From: an uncultured bacterium
Lineage (GTDB): Bacteria; Acidobacteriota; HRBIN11; JAKEFK01
NCBI GenBank assembly: GCA_963777505.1
Contig: CAVZQN010000004.1
Coordinates: 1,575,814-1,639,813 of the forward strand
Direction: 5' to 3'
DNA length: 64,000 nt
Shown here in pieces: positions 45,871 through 54,953 of this stretch (position 1 is its first letter; every line of letters begins with the position of its first letter). A program made the position numbers and the translations under genes. The notes below the pieces were generated by a model, which did not search any database, was not told the DNA's origin, and saw only the letters and a program-made list of their open reading frames with translations.

Positions 45871-48207
45871 ATGAAATTGCTTGTACTACCTTTCATTCTA
45901 GTCCTGGCCTTCGGTTGTTCTGTTTTTGCTCAAGGAAACGAAAACACCATTGTCGAAGTCCGCATCGAAGGAAATCAGAGAATCGCTACTGAGACTTATC
46001 AGTATTACATCACGACACGGGCGGGAAATGATTATGATGCCGCCGGTGTTCGCGAAGATTTTAAGCGCCTCTGGCAAACTGGATTTTTGAATGATTTAAA
46101 GATCGAAACGGAAACAACCCCCGAGGGTGTTATTGTAATTTTCAAAGTTGAAGAGCGGCCGCTGGTCAAGGTAATTGAATATTCAGGCAATAAGAAAGTC
46201 TCCAAGGATGATATTGAAACCAAGTTGAAGGATGACAATATCGGATTGAAAATCGATCAGCCTTACGATCCATATTCCGCGAAAAAAGTCTCGAATGCAA
46301 TTGATCAGCTAATGATCGAAAAGGGTCTCCGTTTTGGGAATGTCAAAATTCTTACCGAATCGATAGGTACATCAGGCACCAAAGTGACTTTTCAAGTCGA
46401 TGAAGGGCCGAAAGTCCGAATCGGTGAAATCGTATTTGAAGGGAACAAAGTCTTTTCCGATGGAAAGTTAAAAAAGCGCATGAAAGATACGAAAGAGCGT
46501 GGAATGCTTTCCTGGATCATGCGCAAAGATGATTTCGAAAAAGAAAAATTCGATAAGGATATGGAACGCGTTTCCGATTTATATCTGGACAATGGTTATA
46601 TCAATGCAAGGATTGATGAGCCTCAAATAGAACTCATAGAAGGTAAAGAGCGGATGCGCGTCACGATTCCTGTTGATGAAGGGGATCAGTATCGGACTGG
46701 CGATATTCATTTTTCGAAGAATACTGTCATTGCTGAGAAGGTTCTCCAGAAGAACATGGAAATGAAAAAAGGAGAAGTATTCAATCGAAGTCAGCTTCGC
46801 GCCGGGCTTGAAGAGAATCAAAAGGCTTATGGTGATCAAGGATATATTTATGCATCACTGAACCCTGCACTGGACCCTGATAATGCGAACAAAATTATTA
46901 ATCTCAATATTGAAGTGCAGGAAAACGGACAATTCTTTGTTAACCGGATTGAATTTACAGGCAATAATTACACGCGTGACAAAGTCATCCGTCGCGAGCT
47001 TCTCATTCAGGAAGGAGAACTTCTCCGAGTCAGCCGTTTTCGCGAGAGTTTGGACCGCATTTATCGTCTCGGATTTTTCGATGATATTAAGCCGAATATT
47101 GTGCCTGTTGAAGGCGTCGATAACAGAGCCGATGTATCAATCGATGTAAAAGAAAACAAGAGAAATGAAATCCGGTTGGGCGGCGGTTACAGTGAATTTG
47201 AAGGATTTTTCGGCAATGTCGTTTTCTCAACCAAAAACCTTTTTGGTACAGGAAAGATCTTCACTCTCAATCTTCAAGGTGGGTCACGATCTGAAAACTA
47301 TGGAATCGAAATTCTTGAACCATATTTTCTTGATCGCCGTATTTCCCTTGGTTTTGGTTTGTTCAAATATAGATACGACTATTTCAATTTCCTTCGCGAC
47401 ACTTTAGGCGGTTCGATTTCTTTTGGATTCCATATTTATGAAGAATTTAAAGGCGTTGTAACCTATGCATATCAGGTCGTTGATATCGACAATCCAACCG
47501 ATAACTCCGGAACTCCAATTGATGATGATATTTTCCCCGGACTTGAGCAGCTTCAAAGTGACCGCACAGAAAGCCGGGTTACTCCTCAGCTCATCCGCAG
47601 CACGATCAACAATCCAAACGAACCTACACGCGGGACGCGGTTAGTTCTTGCAAATGAATTTGTAGGCGGTTTTCTCGGTGGCGAAGTAAGTTACATTAAG
47701 CCAGCCATAACCTGGACGCACTTTATTAGAGGATTTATTAAGAAACACCATTTTGCATATAACGTAGAATTCGGTTATGGCAGTGGATTCGGGAGTCTTG
47801 AGCTGCCTTTTTATGAACGATATTTTCTTGGGGGCGAACGGAGTATTCGTGGTTACGAAATCCGCATCGTTGCCCCTATCGCAGTTGATGCTTCAGGCCG
47901 TCAATTTATTGCAGGGGGAAACAAGTTTTTTGTGACCAACGTTGAGTATGTTGTACCATTGGCAGGGCCATTGAAAGTTGCCGTATTTCTGGATTACGGA
48001 AATGCCTTCAGGCCAGGAGATGGAGTCGATTTCACAGATATGCGCGGCAGTACGGGAATTGAAATCAGATTCCTGGCGCCATTTCTCAGCGCTCCATTCC
48101 GCTTTATCTGGGCCTATAACTTTAACCGTGGCGAGCTGATGACCTTGCCTCCAGACTTCCAGCCAGAACGAACCACCTTCCGATTCTCTGTTGGGACGAC
48201 ATTCTAA
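45871..48207 (+). CDS. bamA: Outer-membrane protein assembly factor BamA
   Basis: Signal peptide, POTRA repeats, C-terminal beta-barrel ending ...RFSVGTTF. Confidence 0.85.
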   Translation: MKLLVLPFILVLAFGCSVFAQGNENTIVEVRIEGNQRIATETYQYYITTRAGNDYDAAGVREDFKRLWQTGFLNDLKIETETTPEGVIVIFKVEERPLVKVIEYSGNKKVSKDDIETKLKDDNIGLKIDQPYDPYSAKKVSNAIDQLMIEKGLRFGNVKILTESIGTSGTKVTFQVDEGPKVRIGEIVFEGNKVFSDGKLKKRMKDTKERGMLSWIMRKDDFEKEKFDKDMERVSDLYLDNGYINARIDEPQIELIEGKERMRVTIPVDEGDQYRTGDIHFSKNTVIAEKVLQKNMEMKKGEVFNRSQLRAGLEENQKAYGDQGYIYASLNPALDPDNANKIINLNIEVQENGQFFVNRIEFTGNNYTRDKVIRRELLIQEGELLRVSRFRESLDRIYRLGFFDDIKPNIVPVEGVDNRADVSIDVKENKRNEIRLGGGYSEFEGFFGNVVFSTKNLFGTGKIFTLNLQGGSRSENYGIEILEPYFLDRRISLGFGLFKYRYDYFNFLRDTLGGSISFGFHIYEEFKGVVTYAYQVVDIDNPTDNSGTPIDDDIFPGLEQLQSDRTESRVTPQLIRSTINNPNEPTRGTRLVLANEFVGGFLGGEVSYIKPAITWTHFIRGFIKKHHFAYNVEFGYGSGFGSLELPFYERYFLGGERSIRGYEIRIVAPIAVDASGRQFIAGGNKFFVTNVEYVVPLAGPLKVAVFLDYGNAFRPGDGVDFTDMRGSTGIEIRFLAPFLSAPFRFIWAYNFNRGELMTLPPDFQPERTTFRFSVGTTF

Positions 48208-48270
48208 TTGCTGAAAATATCGGGAGAGCGGGCTGCATGTTTGTTGAGATAAATGATTCTATGGCGTGCG

Positions 48271-48306
48271 CGGAGGCGCGCCCTCCGGACGTAGTCCGGT
48301 TTTAGA
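48271..48306 (+). terminator. bamA terminator: two adjacent hairpins (CGGAGG-CGCGCC-CTCCG and CCGGAC-gta-GTCCGG) followed by TTTTAG
   Basis: Perfect inverted repeats read directly, 64 nt after the bamA stop. A further 12-bp IR TTTAGATTGCAG/CTGCAATCTAAA follows at 48300-48355 upstream of skp. Confidence 0.6.
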
Positions 48307-48381
48307 TTGCAGATTTCAGTTTGAAAAAGTACAATCTAAAAGCTGCAATCTAAAAAATTCAAAGTTGGAGAAAGTAGTTTT

Positions 48382-48912
48382 ATGAAATTGTTAGTTGTGT
48401 CATTTCTGTTGCTTTTCGCTTTGCCCGTGATGTCTCAAAGTGCGGGACAAATCGCTGTTGTTGACGGCGAGAAAGTATTAAGAGATTCAGAACCTGGTAA
48501 AAAGTTGTTTGCTGAAGTCAAAACACTGCGCGACAAAAAGCAGCAGGAAATCGAACAGCGTCAGACCAGCATTCAAGCTATGCAAGAAAAACTTAACAAA
48601 GAAAAAGATATCCTTAGCCCTGATGCTCAAGAAAAGCGTCGTGCTGAAATTCAAAAAGCTTTAACGGATGCAAAACGTTTTCGCGAAGATTCGGAAGCTG
48701 AAATTCAAGGCAGACTCGATTCTGCAATGGGTGGAATGCAAGACAAATTACTTCCGATGATCCAAAAATTGGGCCAGGAAAAAGGATATTCATTAATTGT
48801 TGGTAAACAGTTTACTATCTGGCATGATGCTAAATACGACATTACAGAGGAAGTAATCAAACGTTTTAATGAATCGCAAGGTGCAGCAGCTCCTGCTGAA
48901 AAGAAACAGTAA
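48382..48912 (+). CDS. skp: Periplasmic chaperone Skp (OmpH)
   Basis: Signal peptide plus long coiled-coil lysine/glutamine-rich body; classic position after bamA. Confidence 0.8.
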   Translation: MKLLVVSFLLLFALPVMSQSAGQIAVVDGEKVLRDSEPGKKLFAEVKTLRDKKQQEIEQRQTSIQAMQEKLNKEKDILSPDAQEKRRAEIQKALTDAKRFREDSEAEIQGRLDSAMGGMQDKLLPMIQKLGQEKGYSLIVGKQFTIWHDAKYDITEEVIKRFNESQGAAAPAEKKQ

Positions 48913-48923
48913 ACACGAGACGA

Positions 48924-49376
48924 ATGACGGCCTTCGACATCAATTCAATCTTGAGGGCGTTACCCCACCGTTATCCGTTCCTTTTAGTAGATAGGATTCT
49001 CGAATACGAAAAAGAAAAACGGATTGTCGGAATCAAGAATGTAACCATCAATGAGCCTTTTTTTCAGGGCCATTTTCCCGGCAGACCGATTATGCCGGGA
49101 GTCCTGATTATTGAAGCAATGGCTCAGATGGGAGGCGTCTTGTTACTCCAAGATCATGAATTGAAAGAAAAAGGCCTGGTTTATCTTGTCGGAATTGATA
49201 ATGCTAAGTTTCGTAAAACAGTGATACCTGGCGACCAGTTACGGATTGTGGTAAATGTACTGAAGTATAAATACACGATTTGTAAAATGAGGGGAGAGGC
49301 ATTTGTGGATGAAAACCTGGTAGCTGAGGCAGAATTCTTGACATCCCTCGTGACCCAGGAACCAGAGCATGCCTGA
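48924..49376 (+). CDS. fabZ: 3-hydroxyacyl-ACP dehydratase
   Basis: HFPGRPIMPGVLIIEAMAQ hot-dog active-site motif. Confidence 0.9.
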   Translation: MTAFDINSILRALPHRYPFLLVDRILEYEKEKRIVGIKNVTINEPFFQGHFPGRPIMPGVLIIEAMAQMGGVLLLQDHELKEKGLVYLVGIDNAKFRKTVIPGDQLRIVVNVLKYKYTICKMRGEAFVDENLVAEAEFLTSLVTQEPEHA

Positions 49377-50145
49377 AATTCATCCTACCGCAATTGTTCA
49401 TTCCGATGCACAAATCGCAGCGGAAGTTACAATCGGACCCTATAGTGTGATAGGTTCTGGCGTCCGAATCGGAAGTGGAACCAGAATCATGTCGCATGTA
49501 GTCATTGAAGGACCGACTACCATTGGAAGCAATTGCACATTCTTTCCCTATGGTTCAATTGGCCAAATTCCTCAGGATTTAAAATTTCGCGGAGAACACA
49601 GCGAGCTGATCATAGGCGATCAGAATATCTTTCGCGAATTCGTCACATTTCATCGTGGAACTTCAGGTGGCGGCGCAAAAACGGTTGTTGGAAACAACAA
49701 TCTCTTTATGGCTTATGCACACGTTGCTCACGATTGTCATATAGGAAATTCAATTATTATGGCGAACGCAGCTACGCTGGCAGGTCATGTACGAGTTGAG
49801 GACGATTCGGTCATTGGCGCATTTTCAGGGATTCATCAACATTGCCGTATTGGGAAATATGGCTTTGTTGGCGGTTATTCTGTGATTACAAAGGATGTAT
49901 TGCCTTATTCAAAGACCGTAGGAAATCGCGCGCATTGTTATGGCATTAATTCTGTTGGTCTGCGTAGGCAGGGATTCGATTCATTAAGAATCAATACAAT
50001 CCGAAAGGCATTCAGGCTTCTTCTGCAATCACATTTAAATACGTCACAAGCTGTTGAAGCAATTTCAAAAGAAGTATCTGAATCGGAAGAGATTTCATAC
50101 CTTCTGCAATTTATTAAAAATTCCAAACGCGGCATCATAAAGTAA
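49369..50145 (+). CDS. lpxA: Acyl-ACP--UDP-N-acetylglucosamine O-acyltransferase
   Basis: Left-handed beta-helix hexapeptide repeats and C-terminal helical domain; 8-nt overlap with fabZ. Confidence 0.85.
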   Translation: MPEIHPTAIVHSDAQIAAEVTIGPYSVIGSGVRIGSGTRIMSHVVIEGPTTIGSNCTFFPYGSIGQIPQDLKFRGEHSELIIGDQNIFREFVTFHRGTSGGGAKTVVGNNNLFMAYAHVAHDCHIGNSIIMANAATLAGHVRVEDDSVIGAFSGIHQHCRIGKYGFVGGYSVITKDVLPYSKTVGNRAHCYGINSVGLRRQGFDSLRINTIRKAFRLLLQSHLNTSQAVEAISKEVSESEEISYLLQFIKNSKRGIIK

Positions 50146-50166
50146 TTCAACCGCAGAGACGCAAAG

Positions 50167-51105
50167 CTAAATCGGTGGGAGGGAGAACTTACTTTTCACG
50201 TTTAATGCCATTCGCAATGAAGGGATTGCCCCGGTGATCGTAACACCTTTGTCGCTTTTACCTTGCACCGCGTTACTAAAATCCAGCTGTTCAAGTTCGA
50301 GCGGATGTACGATCTGTTCAGGCTTGTATGCCATGTGATTAATTTGAGGCATGCCGCCCTCGCAGGCATTCGGCTGGAGAGAAACCATTGAAACCGATTG
50401 CTCCAGAAGATCCATTGATAAGTAGTAGTAAGGCTGAAAAAGGCGCATCTTTCTCATTTTTTTCGCGCTGACCCTGGACGCTGTAATATTCGCAACACAT
50501 TTCCCGGGAAATTTAATTCGTGCATTTGCTATATCGACATTGCGTGACAGGATTGGAATTCCAACCGCTTCAAGTTCCGATGTCTCTTCATTCAAGAAAA
50601 GATGCAGCAAATCAAGATCGTGAATCATCAGATCCAATACAACATCAATGTCCAGACTTCGCGGTGAAAATAATCCCAACCGGTGGACTTCAATGAACAA
50701 GGGCCGTGTGATGCTTGGAAGGGCTCGCTGAACAGCAGGGTTATAACGCTCAGGAAAACCGACCCTGGCAACAATTCCTGCTTTTTGAACTATTGCTGCA
50801 AGCTGTTCCGCCTCTTCAACAGAAGCCGCTACAGGCTTTTCAATCAAAATATGCTTGCCCGCTAAAACAAGATCGGAAGCAATTTTGAAATGAGTGACTG
50901 TTGGTGTCGCAATCACTGCTGCATCAAATTCATGCAGATGATTCTGATACTGTGTATCAAATGGGACCCTATATTCTTCTCCGGCTTTTGAAGCACGTTC
51001 TGTATCAATGTCTACAATCAGAGTCAGCGTGGCTTCAGGAAGACTTTTCAAAAAGCGGACATGATTCCTTCCTTGATGTCCAATACCGATTAGTGCAATT
51101 CGCAT
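50167..51105 (-). CDS. Gfo/Idh/MocA-family NAD(P)-dependent oxidoreductase (GnnA-like candidate)
   Basis: MRIALIGIGHQGRNHV Rossmann N-terminus; convergent with lpxA. Confidence 0.75.
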   Translation of the reverse strand: MRIALIGIGHQGRNHVRFLKSLPEATLTLIVDIDTERASKAGEEYRVPFDTQYQNHLHEFDAAVIATPTVTHFKIASDLVLAGKHILIEKPVAASVEEAEQLAAIVQKAGIVARVGFPERYNPAVQRALPSITRPLFIEVHRLGLFSPRSLDIDVVLDLMIHDLDLLHLFLNEETSELEAVGIPILSRNVDIANARIKFPGKCVANITASRVSAKKMRKMRLFQPYYYLSMDLLEQSVSMVSLQPNACEGGMPQINHMAYKPEQIVHPLELEQLDFSNAVQGKSDKGVTITGAIPSLRMALNVKSKFSLPPI

Positions 51106-51135
51106 AGTAACGCGACACTTCTTTACTACTCTTTT

Positions 51136-52254
51136 TCAGACGTATTCTTGCAGAGTCGAGTTGATCCGTTCAAGGCCTGCTTTTACGTATTCCGGTGGAG
51201 AACCAAAACCGATTCTTAAGTAATGATCCATTCCGAAATGATCGCCCGGAACGATCAAAACGCTTTTCTCAGTACGAAGTTTTTCAACAAGTTCCGTTGA
51301 GTTTACATTCAGTTTGTAACGAAAGTAGGCAATAGCCCCAGCATGTGGAGAAATCATTGAAAACATCGAACCGTGATTCTTAATCCACTCTTCTACTACG
51401 GGAAAGTTCTTTCGAATAATGGATTGTGTTCGTTGCAGAATCAATTGGCGTTTTTCGGGTTCAAGCGCAACTCGCGCCAGGATGTCACTGAGCATCGATG
51501 TACCGATTGTAGTGTAATCGTGATACGACCAGCACTCCGCCACGAATTGTGATGGTGCAACGATCCATCCCATTCGAAGGCCAGGAAGTCCATATGCCTT
51601 TGAAAGACCACACGTAACAATGACTCGGTCAGATTTGCCGTAAAATGTTTTCGTTTCAGATTCGTCACGTTCAGCGCCTCGATATACTTCATCCGCTAGA
51701 AGCCAGGCACCGCATGAATCTGCGATCTTCACGAGTTCATCCATTTCTTGTTCAGTCAAAATGGAACCGGTCGGATTGTTCGGGTTACACACCGCAATTA
51801 ATTTTGTGCGTTTTGAAACGACAGAACGAAGCTCATCAAAATCAGGATGCCACTGTTTTTCTTCACGCAAATTGAATGACCGCACATTGCCGCGCAGAGA
51901 GCGGGTCAATCCCCACAGCTGCATGTAATTCGGCAGCATCATCACGATTTCGTCTTCAGGTTCTGTGATACGTAAAGCTGAAAGCAGATTTGCTTCGGCC
52001 GTTCCATTTGTCACGATGATGTTGTCTCGTGTGGCACCAGGATAGAGTTGCGCGATTCGATCACGCAATTCAGGAGTGCCATTTGATTGAACATAACCAA
52101 GCTCTTGCTGCATCAAACGATCGATCCAGCGCGTGTCACCATCCAAAAGCTCTCCCAGTGACATTGGGTGTACTCCGCTTTCGGACAAGTTGTATTCGAC
52201 CAGGTTTTCGTACGTAGACTGCATCCGTTCCATTTTGAAGAGTTCAATTTTCAT
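51136..52254 (-). CDS. PLP-dependent aminotransferase, class I/II (GnnB-like candidate)
   Basis: SKAYGLPGLRMGW (PLP-lysine region); upstream partner of the oxidoreductase on the same strand. Confidence 0.75.
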   Translation of the reverse strand: MKIELFKMERMQSTYENLVEYNLSESGVHPMSLGELLDGDTRWIDRLMQQELGYVQSNGTPELRDRIAQLYPGATRDNIIVTNGTAEANLLSALRITEPEDEIVMMLPNYMQLWGLTRSLRGNVRSFNLREEKQWHPDFDELRSVVSKRTKLIAVCNPNNPTGSILTEQEMDELVKIADSCGAWLLADEVYRGAERDESETKTFYGKSDRVIVTCGLSKAYGLPGLRMGWIVAPSQFVAECWSYHDYTTIGTSMLSDILARVALEPEKRQLILQRTQSIIRKNFPVVEEWIKNHGSMFSMISPHAGAIAYFRYKLNVNSTELVEKLRTEKSVLIVPGDHFGMDHYLRIGFGSPPEYVKAGLERINSTLQEYV

Positions 52255-52353
52255 AATGTTTCTATTGTACCAAGGATCTTCTTTACCGCCGAGAACGCCG
52301 AGTAGCTTAAATTTTTTTGCCTCCCGGATTCAATGCGAGTATAGTAATACGTT

Positions 52354-53239
52354 TATGAATGAGACTGAACCACAAGAAAGCTTACAAAAAGCAGAGCCGA
52401 AGTCGTGGCGTTTTACGATTCTTCATGCTTTTGGACTCTGTGTATTGTTTGCTGTTATTCAAGCCGCCATTTTCCTGGCTATTCGACAATCGACTGGATT
52501 GAAATTAGAAGAGCTAAGATGGTTTCACCTCGCGGTTATTAACGGAATACCAGGCGGAATTGTACTCGCAGTTGGAGCTTATCTGAATGGCTTTTCGCTT
52601 CATGACATGCTCATGGATCGGCTTCCAGATGCGGGCGGAATCCTTTCGACTGTTGTCGCTGTACTCGGCATCATGATCCTTTCTTCGGAACTGAACAATA
52701 TACTGATGAAATACTTACCGTTCACAATGGACGATCAAGTTCAGTTGATTGAGAGGCTGCTAAATGAGGATTTGATCGGTGTGATCATTACTGTTGGAGT
52801 CGTAGCGCCAATCGTTGAAGAATTGTTATTCCGCGGCGTGATTCTTGACGGCTTAAGGTTGTACTATCGAATGAGTACTGCGGTTTTGGCTTCTTCCATC
52901 CTGTTTGGTCTCGTGCATTTGAATCCAGTCGTATCAATCGGAACTTTCCTACTCGCTCTCTTCCTTGCGTGGCTGCGCATCAGTACTGGCTCGCTGATGT
53001 TATGTGTGATTAGCCACTCGGTTTTCAACATAACTCCATTCATTCTGAAAAAAATGCTTCATAGTGAAGTTCAGGGTTTGACGTCGTTACCAACAACCGC
53101 AGGAGTTCAGTTTCAACCGTTTTGGTTGGATGCGCTTGGAGTATTATTGCTGCTCGCTGGAATTGCTGGCTTGAAATTCAGTAACGAGGAAGAACAAAAG
53201 CCTCAAGAAATTCGAGAACTGGGATCAGAACAAGGATAG
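52354..53239 (+). CDS. CPBP/CAAX-family intramembrane metalloprotease
   Basis: VAPIVEELLFRGV and FGLVHL motifs; start moved to ATG 52354 because the track ORF 5' end overlaps the aminotransferase gene. Confidence 0.7.
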
Positions 53240-54337
53240 TTGCCCCGATCTCAGAAAATGTTCTGTAGTCATTTCATCCTCATCGTCTTCATCATCATCA
53301 TTATTCAGGCCATATTTCTTGCATGAGGCAGAGAAGAGAGCTTTGATAGTTTTGGCGAGCTCTCCTTCGCCTGTCATTCGAGAATGAAATCGTGGATCAC
53401 TTAAATTTCCGCCGCGAACTTCTCGGATTCGATTCAGAATTTTCTCTGCGCTATCCGGTAATTCCCTTCGTACCCATTCTTCAAATAATTCTTTCACTGC
53501 ATATGGCAATCGCATGATGATGTAAGCGGCACTCTTAGCGCCGTGATCGGCAGCTTGTTTCAAAATCTCTGGAATCTCGCTATCTGTGAGTCCAGGAATT
53601 ACTGGCGCAATATTTACTCCAACTGGGATACCGGCATCACTTAACGCTTTAACTGCCTTCAACCGATTTTGAGGGGAAGCGGTTCTTGGCTCCATTTTTG
53701 AAATGAGCTTCTGATTCAAGCTGGTTATCGAAAGTGTAACGTGAACCAATTTGAAACGGGCGAGTTCTTGCAGCACATCAATGTCGCGGGTCACCATAGA
53801 ATTCTTCGTGATGACGCCAACGGGATTACGGAAACGTAAGAACTGCTGAAGGCACCCTCTGGTGAGCTTTAGCTTCTTTTCAACTGGCTGATAACAATCA
53901 GTATTCCCGCACAGTGCAATGACCTGCGGCTCAAATTTTGGATCCGATAGAGCCTCTGCCAGCAATTCTGGCGCATTCATTTTCACCATGATTTTGCTTT
54001 CAAAATCCAGGCCTGCCGAAAATCCAAGATATTCGTGACTCGGCCGTGCATAACAATAAATACAGCCATGTTCGCATCCGCGATAAGGGTTTACACTGAA
54101 TGTGAAAGGAACATCCGGGCTATCGTTTTTTGCAAGAATTGAACGTGAAGAGTCCTTAAAATAGATGGTAGGGATTTTTCCGGGTGCCGTACCCTCCATC
54201 TCGTCGGAGAGGTCATCTATCTTCAGTGTTTCAAAACGATTACCCGGATTAAATGCAGCACCCCGGCCTTGAATTCGTTCAGGCATAGTATGATTATTGT
54301 ATGAATTTTTGGAAGAGTGTTGCAAATGAACATTCAA
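53225..54337 (-). CDS. Radical SAM protein (SplB/PA0069-like DNA-repair-photolyase family)
   Basis: CEHGCIYCYA = CxxxCxxC; acidic DDDEDDEDE C-terminal tail. Confidence 0.7.
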   Translation of the reverse strand: MNVHLQHSSKNSYNNHTMPERIQGRGAAFNPGNRFETLKIDDLSDEMEGTAPGKIPTIYFKDSSRSILAKNDSPDVPFTFSVNPYRGCEHGCIYCYARPSHEYLGFSAGLDFESKIMVKMNAPELLAEALSDPKFEPQVIALCGNTDCYQPVEKKLKLTRGCLQQFLRFRNPVGVITKNSMVTRDIDVLQELARFKLVHVTLSITSLNQKLISKMEPRTASPQNRLKAVKALSDAGIPVGVNIAPVIPGLTDSEIPEILKQAADHGAKSAAYIIMRLPYAVKELFEEWVRRELPDSAEKILNRIREVRGGNLSDPRFHSRMTGEGELAKTIKALFSASCKKYGLNNDDDEDDEDEMTTEHFLRSGQLSLF

Positions 54338-54368
54338 AAAACAAAAAATGTGCCCAACAAGAGGGAGA

Positions 54369-54953
54369 ATGATGAGACGAGATGAATATGAGGAGCTGCC
54401 TTATTTTGATTCAGATGGCAACGTCTTCGTTGAAGAATTGCGCCGTCATGACGCTTACATAAAGCGTGGTGGTAAGCTAACGGCTCCACAAATGATTAAG
54501 TATGAGAATCGTGTCATGATGCTCGTTGAGCGTTTGATGCTAATTCATGAAGCTGTAAAACCAAATAACCAGGATTGTGAAGACTTTCTTCGATCGATAG
54601 AGAATTATCATCGCCGTGGTTTATTGCCCGTGCAAGTTTATCAGCGGTTTAAGGAGAAAAATGAAGCTCAACCTGGCCATAAATCAGAAAGGGATCGTGA
54701 TCGTCTTCGAGTGATTACAGGTGGAGCGGAAGCTGATGAACGAAGTCTCTCCGATCTACCTGTGGAAACCTTGCTTGAGATGAATCAGCAGGGCGCGATT
54801 ACGAATCCAGTTTTATTTCATGAATTGAACAAGCGCGAGAAGACTGGAACAAAGCTTCCCAAAATGGGAGGTGTTCTTTGGGGGAAATATCGTACGTGGG
54901 TGGCCGAAAGAAATCGTGCTCGACGTCACGCACCACGAAACCATGAACGATAA
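54369..54953 (+). CDS. Hypothetical basic protein, co-oriented with and 11 nt overlapping the GreA-domain gene
   Basis: ATG doublet at 54369 after AGGGAG RBS; Arg/Lys-rich C-terminus; no family recognised. Confidence 0.4.
   Translation: MMRRDEYEELPYFDSDGNVFVEELRRHDAYIKRGGKLTAPQMIKYENRVMMLVERLMLIHEAVKPNNQDCEDFLRSIENYHRRGLLPVQVYQRFKEKNEAQPGHKSERDRDRLRVITGGAEADERSLSDLPVETLLEMNQQGAITNPVLFHELNKREKTGTKLPKMGGVLWGKYRTWVAERNRARRHAPRNHER

Noticed and set aside
52133-52353. 5' extension of the CAAX-protease ORF overlapping the aminotransferase gene
   Set aside because: The extension lies antisense within the well-supported aminotransferase CDS. An ATG at 52354 gives a sensible start.
54348-54953. Overlap of ORFs 54348..54953 and 54871..57036 as a possible fourth frameshift
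   Set aside because: The second protein has a good internal ATG (MNDNHLQDLL) at about 54943, leaving only an 11-nt overlap. This is an ordinary operon junction.
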